A DNA stretch of 64,000 bases, taken from Nitrospirota bacterium. GTDB taxonomy: Bacteria; Nitrospirota; Thermodesulfovibrionia; Thermodesulfovibrionales; Dissulfurispiraceae. Below the pieces are notes generated by a model. It worked only from the letters and a program-made list of their open reading frames with translations, searched no databases and was not told where the DNA came from. The stretch covers positions 128,001 through 192,000 of the forward strand of contig CAWBMP010000004.1 in the NCBI GenBank assembly GCA_963790025.1. The letters are read 5' to 3'. Of the stretch, positions 20,667-29,574 are shown piece by piece. Position 1 is the first letter of the stretch; each line of letters begins with the position of its first letter. The position numbers were made by a program, and so were the translations under genes.

Positions 20667-20673
20667 TCTCCCT

Positions 20674-20898
20674 TTAGTTGATGCCCCTCTTAAAGTGCTT
20701 TATCAATTCCGCTATTTTGTCTTTTTTGGAAAGCTTTTCCTTCTTCATCCGGAGTACTTCAAGTTCTTCTTCAGGTGTAAGGTAATGTTTTTTGTTAAGC
20801 TCCGAAAGTATGCTATCCAGTTGCCTATGTTCCTGGTAAAGCCTTCTGAACTCTTCATTGTCCTTTTTTAAAGTTTCAATGATTTCCTCTTCGCTCAT
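20674..20898 (-). CDS. DUF465/YdcH family small coiled-coil protein
   Basis: [13 protein letters not shown]...[12 protein letters not shown] pattern; strong RBS. Confidence 0.8.
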   Translation of the reverse strand: MSEEEIIETLKKDNEEFRRLYQEHRQLDSILSELNKKHYLTPEEELEVLRMKKEKLSKKDKIAELIKHFKRGIN

Positions 20899-20955
20899 AT
20901 AGCATCCCTCCCTTTTATTTATTATCTATAGAATTTTACAACAAACTTACAAAAA

Positions 20956-21028
20956 CAGTAAATGAGTAGATGGGTAAATGGGTAATAAAAAAAGTCTTTT
21001 ACCAATTTACTGATCCACTCATTCACTG
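20956..21028. repeat. Inverted octamer-repeat element (RGTAAATG)n
   Basis: 30-nt arms 20956-20985 and 20999-21028, 25/30 complementary. Confidence 0.85.
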
Positions 21029-21946
21029 TTTTGCAGGCATCTCAATGGGCTTGGTGAATTCCAAGGGGTTCCTGGGCGCAACATTGAGCGGCCCGAACAA
21101 GGATTTCTTTTGCTCCTGCCCGGCAGCCGGTTTTTCTGCAGCCGGTGCTGGAGCTTTTGTCTCGGCAGGCTGGACCGTCATCGGCGGCCGCGGAACTCTC
21201 TCATTGAGCACAATTATGCTGATTCTCCTGTTTCTGGAGTCAGTGGGACTATCTTTATAAAGCAGTTGGGTATCGGCATAGCCGACTACCCGGGCAATCC
21301 TGCCGGAGTCAACACTGTTCTGCTCAAGATTCCGGCGGGCAGTTGACGCCCTTTCAGTAGATAGTTCCCAGTTGGTATACTTTTCACGCTTAAGGGGGGA
21401 TGAATCTGTATGGCCTTCCACAGCGATCTTGTTCGGCATATCTTTAATATTATCCGCAACAAAGCCTAAAATTTCTTTTGCGCTTGAACTAAGCTCCGCT
21501 CCGCCGGGAAGGAACATCGGTTTGCCCTCTGTATCGACAACTTGAATTCTAACGCCCTCCGGGACGGCATCAATCATCACATGTTCTTTCAGTCCCTGCA
21601 ATTTCTCGTCTATCGCTTTTTTCAGCTTGTTTTGGAAATCTTCGGCAAATGCCTTTGCAGACTCCTGGGAGACGGTCTGCGCTTCACCGCCAGGTTTGGA
21701 TAAAATCTGTGAAGATTCTTGCATGAACGACTTGCCGGATTTTTCAAATATGGAGAAGTTCTTGAAATATTCTGCCATAGAGGCCCTCTTCTGAGGCGTG
21801 ACCATCGCAAGCAGCCACATCAGCAGGAAAAAGGCCATCATTGCGGTCACAAAATCGGCATAAGCGACCTTCCAGCTGCCCCCGTGGCCGCCTTCGTGTC
21901 CCCTCCTGATTTTTTTGACTATTACAGTCTTGGATTTGTCAGCCAT
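21023..21946 (-). CDS. motB: Flagellar stator MotB
   Basis: GGSWKVAYADFVTAMMAFF; EGHTD, NWELSTERA, NRRI. Confidence 0.95.
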   Translation of the reverse strand: MADKSKTVIVKKIRRGHEGGHGGSWKVAYADFVTAMMAFFLLMWLLAMVTPQKRASMAEYFKNFSIFEKSGKSFMQESSQILSKPGGEAQTVSQESAKAFAEDFQNKLKKAIDEKLQGLKEHVMIDAVPEGVRIQVVDTEGKPMFLPGGAELSSSAKEILGFVADNIKDMPNKIAVEGHTDSSPLKREKYTNWELSTERASTARRNLEQNSVDSGRIARVVGYADTQLLYKDSPTDSRNRRISIIVLNERVPRPPMTVQPAETKAPAPAAEKPAAGQEQKKSLFGPLNVAPRNPLEFTKPIEMPAKQ

Positions 21947-21957
21947 CTAAAAAATCA

Positions 21958-22053
21958 GGCAAAGGTAGAGGTAAAGATTAAGACAAATTAGATCAAAAAT
22001 AAAAACTTTATCTTTATCCTTTTCTTTACCTTCCTTACTTACCTTTACCTGCC
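21958..22053. repeat. Inverted hexamer-repeat element (GGTAAA)n...(TTTACC)n
   Basis: GGCAAA GGTAGA GGTAAA GATTAA GACAAA ... TTTATC TTTATC CTTTTC TTTACC .. TTTACC. Confidence 0.75.
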
Positions 22054-22911
22054 TCACTTCTTCAGTTCCCTTATTTTTTCCTCAATTTCTACGAATGAGG
22101 GTTTCACGTTAGCGGGGATTACCCGTCTGCCGAATTCCACTGCAATTTGCGGCGCTGCCCCCCCTACAAATCCTACAAGGGCTATCTTTAATACATTCAG
22201 GTAATCTCTTTCTTCATTTGCACCGAACTCGAGATTTTTTGCCGCGGGCCCGACAAAGCCATAGCACATCAACACACCAAGAAAAGTGCCCACCAGCGCC
22301 GAGGCAACACTGTGCCCGATAATTTCGGGAGGTTCGCTTATTTTCCCCATCGTTATGACAACACCAAGGACCGCCGCAACAATTCCGAGGCCCGGGAGGG
22401 AGTCGGCAATCGTACCGATACTCTTGGATGGGATCATTAATTCTTCATGATGCGACTCAAGCTCTGTATCGAGCAGAGATTCGAGTTCATGCGGCGCTAT
22501 ACTGGTGGTCATTACCGTCCGCAGGGTATCGGTAACCAATGAAACAGCATGATGATTTTTAAGAAATTTAGGGTAGTTGCTGAAAATCTTGCTTTCCTCA
22601 GGGTTGTCCACGTCAGCCTCAATCGAAACAAGACCCTCTTTTCGTATTTTTGCGAATATTTCACTTAAAAGCAAAAGCACTTCTATATAATCACCCTTGG
22701 AATATGTCTTGCCTGTAAGTAGTTTAACAATACCGCCAATAACGGCCTTGATGACCTTGACAGGAGAGGCTATAATAAAACCACCGATTGCCGCTCCAAA
22801 TATTATAAGCAGTTCGACCGGCTGAAAGATAACACTGAGGTTTCCTTTCTCTATCATAAAACCGCCGATAACACAACCAAAAACGATGACCGCTCCGATT
22901 ATAGCAAACAT
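22054..22911 (-). CDS. motA: Flagellar stator MotA (E. coli-like subfamily)
   Basis: QPVELLIIFG, PGLGIVAAVLG, ALVGTFLG, AVEFGRR. Confidence 0.95.
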   Translation of the reverse strand: MFAIIGAVIVFGCVIGGFMIEKGNLSVIFQPVELLIIFGAAIGGFIIASPVKVIKAVIGGIVKLLTGKTYSKGDYIEVLLLLSEIFAKIRKEGLVSIEADVDNPEESKIFSNYPKFLKNHHAVSLVTDTLRTVMTTSIAPHELESLLDTELESHHEELMIPSKSIGTIADSLPGLGIVAAVLGVVITMGKISEPPEIIGHSVASALVGTFLGVLMCYGFVGPAAKNLEFGANEERDYLNVLKIALVGFVGGAAPQIAVEFGRRVIPANVKPSFVEIEEKIRELKK

Positions 22912-22921
22912 AAAACCTCGT

Positions 22922-23470
22922 TCATCTGCGTTTTTCCCTTAGTATTTCACGCTGTTTGCTGAAGACGAATTTGACAATTTCATCCCTGACATCCTCATCC
23001 ATGGCAATAAATTTTGTCGCAGTCAGGTAGTTGTTCTTGAGCTGTTCAGTCTTTACGACTTCTCCGTAAATAAAAAGTGCAACAGGCGGCATCATCGGTA
23101 AAATTATCTTGATCTCGAGAATATCTCCCATCTTAAAACTGTTTTTGGAAAAAAACCCGATGCCGCCCCCGCTAATATTGACATGGGCATAAGGCATAGA
23201 GCCAAACCCCTCTCTCTGAAAAGAAAGCATGCTCACAATAGCATCGAGCTTTGAGTTAAGTGCCTTGATCCATTCACTAAGGACCTTGTCCTGCAACTCC
23301 GGCATTGCACGAGTCTCGGCAAAGGCCGTGCCGCCTGAAGGTCTGGCCCTTATAGTGCCGTGTTCCTCTGCCGGCACCACTCTCGTCTCAAAAGGGACAT
23401 GAGCATCAACCCTGGAGAATTCTCTCGCTTTTTGATATTCTTCTTCATCCTGTGCCATAAAAACCCCCAA
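22922..23470 (-). CDS. PilZ domain protein
   Basis: REFSR (RxxxR) and NISGGG motifs. Confidence 0.85.
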   Translation of the reverse strand: MGVFMAQDEEEYQKAREFSRVDAHVPFETRVVPAEEHGTIRARPSGGTAFAETRAMPELQDKVLSEWIKALNSKLDAIVSMLSFQREGFGSMPYAHVNISGGGIGFFSKNSFKMGDILEIKIILPMMPPVALFIYGEVVKTEQLKNNYLTATKFIAMDEDVRDEIVKFVFSKQREILREKRR

Positions 23471-23476
23471 AGAACA

Positions 23477-23563
23477 GGTATAGGTAAAGATGCAGGTAAA
23501 GACAAAAATTAGCTTCTTTTTTGCTTCTCTTTCCCTCTCCCGCTACCTTTGCCTCTACCTTGC
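23477..23563. repeat. Second inverted hexamer-repeat element
   Basis: GGTATA GGTAAA GATGCA GGTAAA GACAAA ... TTTCCC TCTCCC GCTACC TTTGCC TCTACC. Confidence 0.75.
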
Positions 23564-23566
23564 TTT

Positions 23567-24211
23567 CTATTGCGCTATTATTATTTCAACCCGCCTGTTC
23601 TTCTGCCTGCCCTCTTCGGTGGCATTGCTCTCCAAAGGCCTGAATTCAGCATATCCCGCAATTGAAAATTTGGTTGGATCAACCCCTTTTTCAATAAAAA
23701 AATGGAGTATGCTGGCGGCCCTGGCAGTGGACAACTCCCAGTTAGAAGTATATTTGGAGCTTGCTATCGGGATATTGTCCGTATGCCCCTCGATGGTAAG
23801 CTTTCCATGGGCAGCATTCAGCACTTTCGAAAGCTCCGTCAGAACTGACTGTATTTCCGTCTTGACATCCGCAGACCCTGAGGCAAAAAGAACACCATCC
23901 GAGAATGTTATCACCACCCCTCGCGGCTCGTTCTTTACAGTAATGCCCTTCAGGTCCGAGGTCACCTTCCTTATATCATCTATAAGCATTGATTTTTGGG
24001 TGTCCATGAGTGCAATAGGTTTGTCCATTACCTTGAAGCTCGCATTAAGTGAACCCGAAAACTGCTCCATTTTTTTTATATCAACCGAGGACAACGCATA
24101 AAGGGCAACAAAAAATGTGAACAACAATGTAATAAAATCAGCATAGGATATCAGCCACCTTTCGCTGTTATCATGCTCTTCTTCACTATATCGATTATTT
24201 CTCACAATCAC
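23567..24211 (-). CDS. motB: Second stator B subunit (MotB/MotD-like); start may be GTG 24205
   Basis: RWLISYADFITLL, EGHTDN, NWELSTARA, NRRVEI. Confidence 0.92.
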   Translation of the reverse strand: MIVRNNRYSEEEHDNSERWLISYADFITLLFTFFVALYALSSVDIKKMEQFSGSLNASFKVMDKPIALMDTQKSMLIDDIRKVTSDLKGITVKNEPRGVVITFSDGVLFASGSADVKTEIQSVLTELSKVLNAAHGKLTIEGHTDNIPIASSKYTSNWELSTARAASILHFFIEKGVDPTKFSIAGYAEFRPLESNATEEGRQKNRRVEIIIAQ

Positions 24212-24241
24212 TCCGTTCGTTCACGCACAACGCTGAACGCC

Positions 24242-24997
24242 TCATGACTTTTCATAGTCCGCCAGAAATGCATTCATGCGGGCTTTGAGAAAGTAAGGGT
24301 TGACGCCGCTTTCGATTCCCAGGACACCCTCAACTATCAGTTCCTTGACAAATACCTCCTCTTTAAGCCTGTTCATCACCTTTTTGCCGAGAGGTATGAG
24401 AAAAAGGTTGGCTGATCCGACACCGTAAATCGTTGCAACGAAGGCGACTGCTATTCCACCGCCGATTTTTGACGGATCGGTGACATTACGCATGACCTGA
24501 ATAAGACCCAGAACAGCGCCTAATATGCCTATGGTCGGTGCATACCCGCCAGCTGACTCATATACTTTTGATGCTTTTTTGTAGGTTTCCTCATAGGTGG
24601 AAATCTCCTGGTAAAGTATTTCCTTTATCATTGCAGGAGGAATACCGTCGATGACAAGCGACAACCCTTTCCTCAGGAATGGGTTGTCGATAGTTTTGAC
24701 CTGAGACTCAAGGGTCAGCAGACCCATCTTCCTGGCCTTAACCAGAAGACCTAAAATGTCCTCTATTACTTCACCGGGCGATGACGACCTGCCGCCGAAG
24801 ACCATGCCAAGCGCCATGACAGCATTAAATAAATCCCTGATCGAAAAGCTCAGCATAGTCGCGCCCAGCGTACCGCCGAAAACGATTATTGCCGCGGCGA
24901 CCTGTACAAGATGGGCGGTGTTGCCGCCTTCAACCAGGTTTCCGCCGATTATAGCGCCTATTCCGAGAATAATGCCTATTAGTGCAGCTATATCCAT
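24242..24997 (-). CDS. motA: Second stator A subunit (MotA/MotC-like)
   Basis: GGYAPTIGILGAVLGLI, AFVATIYGV. Confidence 0.92.
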   Translation of the reverse strand: MDIAALIGIILGIGAIIGGNLVEGGNTAHLVQVAAAIIVFGGTLGATMLSFSIRDLFNAVMALGMVFGGRSSSPGEVIEDILGLLVKARKMGLLTLESQVKTIDNPFLRKGLSLVIDGIPPAMIKEILYQEISTYEETYKKASKVYESAGGYAPTIGILGAVLGLIQVMRNVTDPSKIGGGIAVAFVATIYGVGSANLFLIPLGKKVMNRLKEEVFVKELIVEGVLGIESGVNPYFLKARMNAFLADYEKS

Positions 24998-25040
24998 TTT
25001 TTCCTGATGCCGCGAAATTTGCTTTATTATATACTATTTG

Positions 25041-25394
25041 AGTAAATGGGTAAATGGGTAGATGAGTGGACGGGTAAATAAGTAAATGGGAACGCGGTAA
25101 TACTTGACACACTACTGTCAAACCTCGTGGAGCTTGTTACGAAGAAACACTTGGATATTAGCCTTAAAGACATTGAAAGTGACATTAAGCTGCTCAAATG
25201 GATCATGGGCGTTATAATTGCAGGCACCTATCTATATAATCCACCCATTTACTCATAAACTTATTTACTCGTACACTCATACACTCGTTCACCCATTTAC
25301 TCATTTACTCTTTTACTTTTCTCATATACTCATTCACGCACTCACACTTTCACTCATCCCCCCACTCACACTTTCACTCATTCCCCCATTCACC
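25041..25394. repeat. Large inverted octamer-repeat element bracketing a gene relic
   Basis: Six RGTRRAYR units at 25041-25088; CATTTACT-like units from 25238 continuing into the fliS 3' end. Confidence 0.88.
25127..25258 (+). pseudogene. Relic resembling the C-terminus of DUF1640/CCDC90-like small coiled-coil membrane proteins
   Basis: ELVTKKHLDISLKDIESDIKLLKWIMGVIIAG; no ATG or RBS, upstream in-frame stop. Confidence 0.55.
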
Positions 25395-25765
25395 GTATCC
25401 TTGATCTGTGTCCAACCTTCGCGCACGTCTTTCAGCAGGGAGGCAATGTGGAGCAGTTTGGCGCCGTCATTGCTGACATTTGCCATGAAAATCTCTGTCA
25501 TCATATAACCATACAGGCCGCGCAGGTTCACAGCCACTTCTCCTCCTACATCCATATCCAGGCTCCTGTCGAGCTCCTCGATGATTGCCAATGCGTTGCT
25601 GATATATTTCAGCTTTATATGCAGGTTTTTCATGTTTATCCCTGTGGCTGCCTTATGAAGGAACTCGATGGCCCCATCGTAAAGCATGATAATCAGGTCA
25701 ACAGGGCTGCCGCCGACAACCTTTGCCTGAGTGTAAGAATTCAGGGCATACGCTGTGTTTACCAT
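25334..25765 (-). CDS. fliS: Flagellin export chaperone FliS
   Basis: SPVDLIIMLYDGAI, GGEVAVNLRGLYGYM, VREGW. Confidence 0.95.
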   Translation of the reverse strand: MVNTAYALNSYTQAKVVGGSPVDLIIMLYDGAIEFLHKAATGINMKNLHIKLKYISNALAIIEELDRSLDMDVGGEVAVNLRGLYGYMMTEIFMANVSNDGAKLLHIASLLKDVREGWTQIKDTVNGGMSESVSGGMSESVSA

Positions 25766-27288
25766 TAGTAACTCTTCGGATTGGTGAGAAGATTAGTTTG
25801 TGTTGTTAAATAGTTGCCTATGATGTTGTCGTTTGTGACGGTGGTGGCAAGGCTGGAGTACTCGCTTATAAGATCAGTCTGTTCCACATTCAGTTGGCTC
25901 TGCAGTTGAGTATACTGACTTTGCAGGTTGGTTACTTGCGTCTGATAATTACTCTGTTCTCCCGGGATTGTTGTAGTTATATAATTGCTAAGGTCTGATC
26001 CAAACGAGCTCGCCATATTATTTATCATCGTGGTGATATTGGCCGAATCCGTCTGATATACGTTGCTGAGTGTTGACGAATTAAAACTCAGGACACCATT
26101 CTTGTCAAGTGAAAAACCGAGATAAACAAGACTGTTATTTGCCGGGTCTTGTTCGGTGCCATATGATGACGTTATCGAATTCATCATATCAGTCGACAAT
26201 GTGAGCAATCCTATATCTCCGCTCAGTAATCCCTGGTTTGTTTGAGTAGCCTGCGTGCCCGCCGGCACAGGCTGGTAGAGATTACTTATGGTACTCATAG
26301 CGCTATTGTATGCCGTGACAAATGAATTCAATTGGTTGGCCAGCGAACTGCTGCTGGCAGCAACATCGAGACTTAAATTCGGCGAGGCGGCGTTATAAGA
26401 AGGGTCCCCTTTAAGAAGGTTTAAAGTGACCCCTGTCACTGCATCAGTGACAGTATTGCTCGACCTCTGGATCTCGACACCATTTACGCTCATAGTGGCG
26501 TCAATGGCTGCCATTGTCTGGGTCATGTTCTGTATACCGCCTGTGGGCACGCCGGAGCTATCGTATGACCCGCCATTTGTTGGATCGAAGGCAAGCTGTG
26601 ACAGTCCGGTCATATCCGTATTGACGCCTGATTCGGCCCAGCCCCCGCCGAAGTTGCTTCCGGTCTCATCGACTTTGACGGTGATTCTGTTCGAGCTGCC
26701 GGTCGCATTTGAAGTCAATCCCAATTCATATGAATTGCTGGACACCTGCAGCACTGATGCGGTAACGCCTGCGTTTGCAGAGTTGATGGCCTCCGCTATC
26801 CCCGACAGGGTATTGTTTCCGCTGTTTATATTTATCGTGGCGGCAGTACTGGAACCGACCTGTATCTGTAATTGCTGTGTTCCAACAACAGACAGATCTG
26901 CGACAGCACTGGTCGCCGAGCCGAAAGTCGTGGAATAAACGGTTTGGGTGGTCGCAATATTTTTAATATCTATTCCGGTTGTGCCGGCCACAGCACCGCT
27001 TGCCGCAGTTGCAGTGAAATAAGATGAATCCGATGGAGTTGCCGACAGCCCTGTGGTGGAATTTTGCATTGCAGTCACAGCACTTTGCAGGCCCGACAGA
27101 CTTGAAAGCACTGTCCCATACGCGCTTATATCCGTCTGAACATTTGTTTCTTGTTGCTGAAGAGTGGTAAGAGGCTCGGAGTCAACATCCATAATCTGCT
27201 GGACAATGTTGCTTACGTCAATGTTAGATGACCCGCCGAGGCCAAAGGCTGATAAAAGACTTGAAACATCTATTGGGCTGGTTGCCAT
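25765..27288 (-). CDS. fliD: Flagellar cap protein FliD
   Basis: SNIDVSNIVQQIM, AINSANAGVTAS, RSSNTVTDAVTGVTLNL, FVTAYN; located between flaG and fliS. Confidence 0.92.
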   Translation of the reverse strand: MATSPIDVSSLLSAFGLGGSSNIDVSNIVQQIMDVDSEPLTTLQQQETNVQTDISAYGTVLSSLSGLQSAVTAMQNSTTGLSATPSDSSYFTATAASGAVAGTTGIDIKNIATTQTVYSTTFGSATSAVADLSVVGTQQLQIQVGSSTAATININSGNNTLSGIAEAINSANAGVTASVLQVSSNSYELGLTSNATGSSNRITVKVDETGSNFGGGWAESGVNTDMTGLSQLAFDPTNGGSYDSSGVPTGGIQNMTQTMAAIDATMSVNGVEIQRSSNTVTDAVTGVTLNLLKGDPSYNAASPNLSLDVAASSSSLANQLNSFVTAYNSAMSTISNLYQPVPAGTQATQTNQGLLSGDIGLLTLSTDMMNSITSSYGTEQDPANNSLVYLGFSLDKNGVLSFNSSTLSNVYQTDSANITTMINNMASSFGSDLSNYITTTIPGEQSNYQTQVTNLQSQYTQLQSQLNVEQTDLISEYSSLATTVTNDNIIGNYLTTQTNLLTNPKSY

Positions 27289-27365
27289 ATCAGTTCCTCC
27301 AAACTAGTATCAGAGTCAGTTGGAAAATGAGTGATAAGCATAAGGAAATCAACTCATTTACTATT

Positions 27366-27392
27366 TTATCGGGATATTCAGATTAATCTTTA
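27366..27392 (-). promoter_or_regulatory. sigma28 promoter of fliD
   Basis: TAAA-N15-CCCGATAA. Confidence 0.8.
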
Positions 27393-27432
27393 ACAGTGAA
27401 AAGCAGTAAATGTGCGGATGAGTATACTCTTT

Positions 27433-27831
27433 TTACGCTGTTTTGTGGAATAAACTCTCTGCAACCTGATTCAACTCTTTCATCATTAGCAAGTAATCTT
27501 CAGGCGGGTATTGGCGTACTATTTTCCCATCATTATCAAAAAAGCGTATTACAACATTCTTATCTTCATCAAGGGTAATAACACCTTTCGTGCCGCTAAG
27601 TACAGCGGGTGCGGAAGCGCTCGTTGTTCCAGCCTGCCCGCTTGCCGGCTTGGCAGCTTTCCCATTTGAAGTGCTGGTAACAGTAACAAGGTCATCCTGC
27701 AAAGCATTGCCTTCATTTGATGTGTTGTTCGCCGCCACGGACACATCCGGCCCACTGGTTGCCTGAAGGTCCGGCTGGACCTTTATATCCGGTATATTCG
27801 GCGTATTTATTGCACTTGTCTCCACGTTCAT
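27433..27831 (-). CDS. flaG: FlaG family protein
   Basis: GKIVRQYPPEDYL; located between flagellin and fliD. Confidence 0.85.
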   Translation of the reverse strand: MNVETSAINTPNIPDIKVQPDLQATSGPDVSVAANNTSNEGNALQDDLVTVTSTSNGKAAKPASGQAGTTSASAPAVLSGTKGVITLDEDKNVVIRFFDNDGKIVRQYPPEDYLLMMKELNQVAESLFHKTA

Positions 27832-27863
27832 CCCACTCGCCTATTATAAATCCTTTTTTTATT

Positions 27864-27896
27864 CAGGGCGGTCCTCCGTGAGGAGGACCTGCCCTG
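27864..27896 (-). terminator. Hairpin after downstream flagellin, without U-tract on the coding strand
   Basis: CAGGGCAGGTCCTCC-TCAC-GGAGGACCGCCCTG followed by AATAAAAAAA on the minus strand. Confidence 0.55.
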
Positions 27897-27939
27897 TGTT
27901 TCTGCTTACCTCTTAATCCTTAACCCTTACTTACTGCTG

Positions 27940-29421
27940 TTATTTCGGCAACAGTGCAAGGATCTGCTGCGGCAATGTGTTGGCCTGTGCCAGCACCGAG
28001 ATACCTGCTTGCTGCGTGATCATCGCCTTTGTCATATTTGCCGTCTCAGCCGCGTAGTCGGCATCCATAATCCGGGACTGTGCAGCACTCATGTTCTGAG
28101 AAGTGTTCTGCAGGTTCGAAATTGCAGACGTAAACCGGTTCTGATAAGCGCCCAGCGATGCCGCTGAATTATTGATAGAAGTCAGCGCCGCATCAATCGT
28201 GCTTATAGCGGTGTTTGCCCCGGCTTGAGTTGAGATATTGATGGACGATACCGCGCCTGTGACGTTTGCCGTTGCGGCATTTAATCCCGTAACAGCAGCG
28301 GAAACGCCGCCAAAAGCATGAACAACGTTGGCGCCGCCAATAAGAATGCCGGCAGATCCGTTTGAAGCTAAGGTGACCGACCCGTAAAGAGTAGTAAAGT
28401 TTACACCACCAGGTGTACATAATCCGGCCAATGAAGCATTGTTACCGGTAACGACTATATCGCGGCCATCCGCTGCGGTCAGAGTTATACCCACATCAGT
28501 GCCTACACCGGTATTTGTAGTGTACAGTGTTGCCGTTACGCCGGTTGATATACTCATGGCATTGATAGCTGCTACAAGATTGGATTCCAGACCAACGGCA
28601 CTGCCGCCTGCGGCCACTGATCCTAAAGCGAACCCGTTGATCGTTATACCGGCGGAAACCGCAGTACCGGCCAGTACAGCAGCCATAGTACCCTGACCAT
28701 TTGCTGTCGTCGCAATCGCAGTTGCCGTTACACCGCAAGCAGCCTGGTTAATCGCATTGGCTATAGACCATGCGCTGTCATTATTCTGTCCTGCTGCCCC
28801 TGACATGGTGGGGCTGACAGCAATACCATTAATCGAAAGATCACCAACGGCCAATGCTGCCATACCGACGCTGCTGCCGACAACAGCGGTTGAGTAACTC
28901 GCGCTTCCCCCGGTGAGCGACCCTGTCCTGGCACTGGAAATAGAAGCTATGGTGATGGTCTGCCCCGCAAAAGCACCGACCTGAAACGACTGGTTCTGGA
29001 AGGTGCCGTCCAGCAAATTGATGCCGTTGAATTGTGCCGTTTGCGCAACCCTGTCGATTTCAGCGATCAACTGCGTAGACTGTGTGTTCAGCGCCGCGCG
29101 GTTCGATGCACTGTTTGTAGCATTTTCCGATTGGATTGCAAGTGTGCGGATTGTCTGCAGGTTATTTGCCAATGCCGTTAATGAACCCGACGCGGTCTGC
29201 AATAATGAGACAGCGTCATTGGCATTCCTTACAGCCTGGTTCATACCATTGACCTGTGAGGCCATCTTTGTCGCAATTGCCATACCAGCCGCGTCATCCG
29301 CTGCGGAATTGATCCTCAAGCCGGTTGACAGCCTCTGCATAGAGGTTGCCAGAGGTTGCTGGGCCTGGCTTAGAGCATTCTGGGTGTTGAGAGAAAATAG
29401 GTTGGTGTTAATTGAAAGCAT
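27940..29421 (-). CDS. fliC: Flagellin (copy 1)
   Basis: RLSTGLRINSAADDAAG, QNRF, SRIMDADYA, LAQAN. Confidence 0.97.
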   Translation of the reverse strand: MLSINTNLFSLNTQNALSQAQQPLATSMQRLSTGLRINSAADDAAGMAIATKMASQVNGMNQAVRNANDAVSLLQTASGSLTALANNLQTIRTLAIQSENATNSASNRAALNTQSTQLIAEIDRVAQTAQFNGINLLDGTFQNQSFQVGAFAGQTITIASISSARTGSLTGGSASYSTAVVGSSVGMAALAVGDLSINGIAVSPTMSGAAGQNNDSAWSIANAINQAACGVTATAIATTANGQGTMAAVLAGTAVSAGITINGFALGSVAAGGSAVGLESNLVAAINAMSISTGVTATLYTTNTGVGTDVGITLTAADGRDIVVTGNNASLAGLCTPGGVNFTTLYGSVTLASNGSAGILIGGANVVHAFGGVSAAVTGLNAATANVTGAVSSINISTQAGANTAISTIDAALTSINNSAASLGAYQNRFTSAISNLQNTSQNMSAAQSRIMDADYAAETANMTKAMITQQAGISVLAQANTLPQQILALLPK

Positions 29422-29538
29422 GCTATGTTCCTCCTTGAGTTTTATTTACGGGCGTCCTGCCCGTAATGCGATCAGCATACAGCGTTGTACGCGCCTAATG
29501 CGCATACCTTTGGTGCTTAATGCACCTGCTTTTGGTGC

Positions 29539-29574
29539 CTAAGGCACCTGCTGTTGGCCCGGTGTTAAAAACAT
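29539..29574 (-). other. Candidate leader ORF MFLTPGQQQVP in the flagellin-1 5' UTR
   Basis: AAGGAGGTG then AATTA then ATG (29574) to TAG. Confidence 0.45.

Noticed and set aside
23490..24101. 203-aa + strand ORF and the ORFs at 25027-25508
   Set aside because: They arise from repeat arms plus the antisense of motB2 or fliS.
21825..24160. Assigning H+ versus Na+ specificity from MotB TM residues
   Set aside because: The diagnostic position is Leu in one and Ala in the other, and the rule is unreliable outside the lineages where it was defined.
25041..25394. CRISPR array
   Set aside because: Units are contiguous 8-mers with no unique spacers, and there are no cas genes in the window.
29499..29552. 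Mini-CRISPR from palindromic 22-nt repeats
   Set aside because: Only two adjacent copies with no spacer; better read as leader hairpins.
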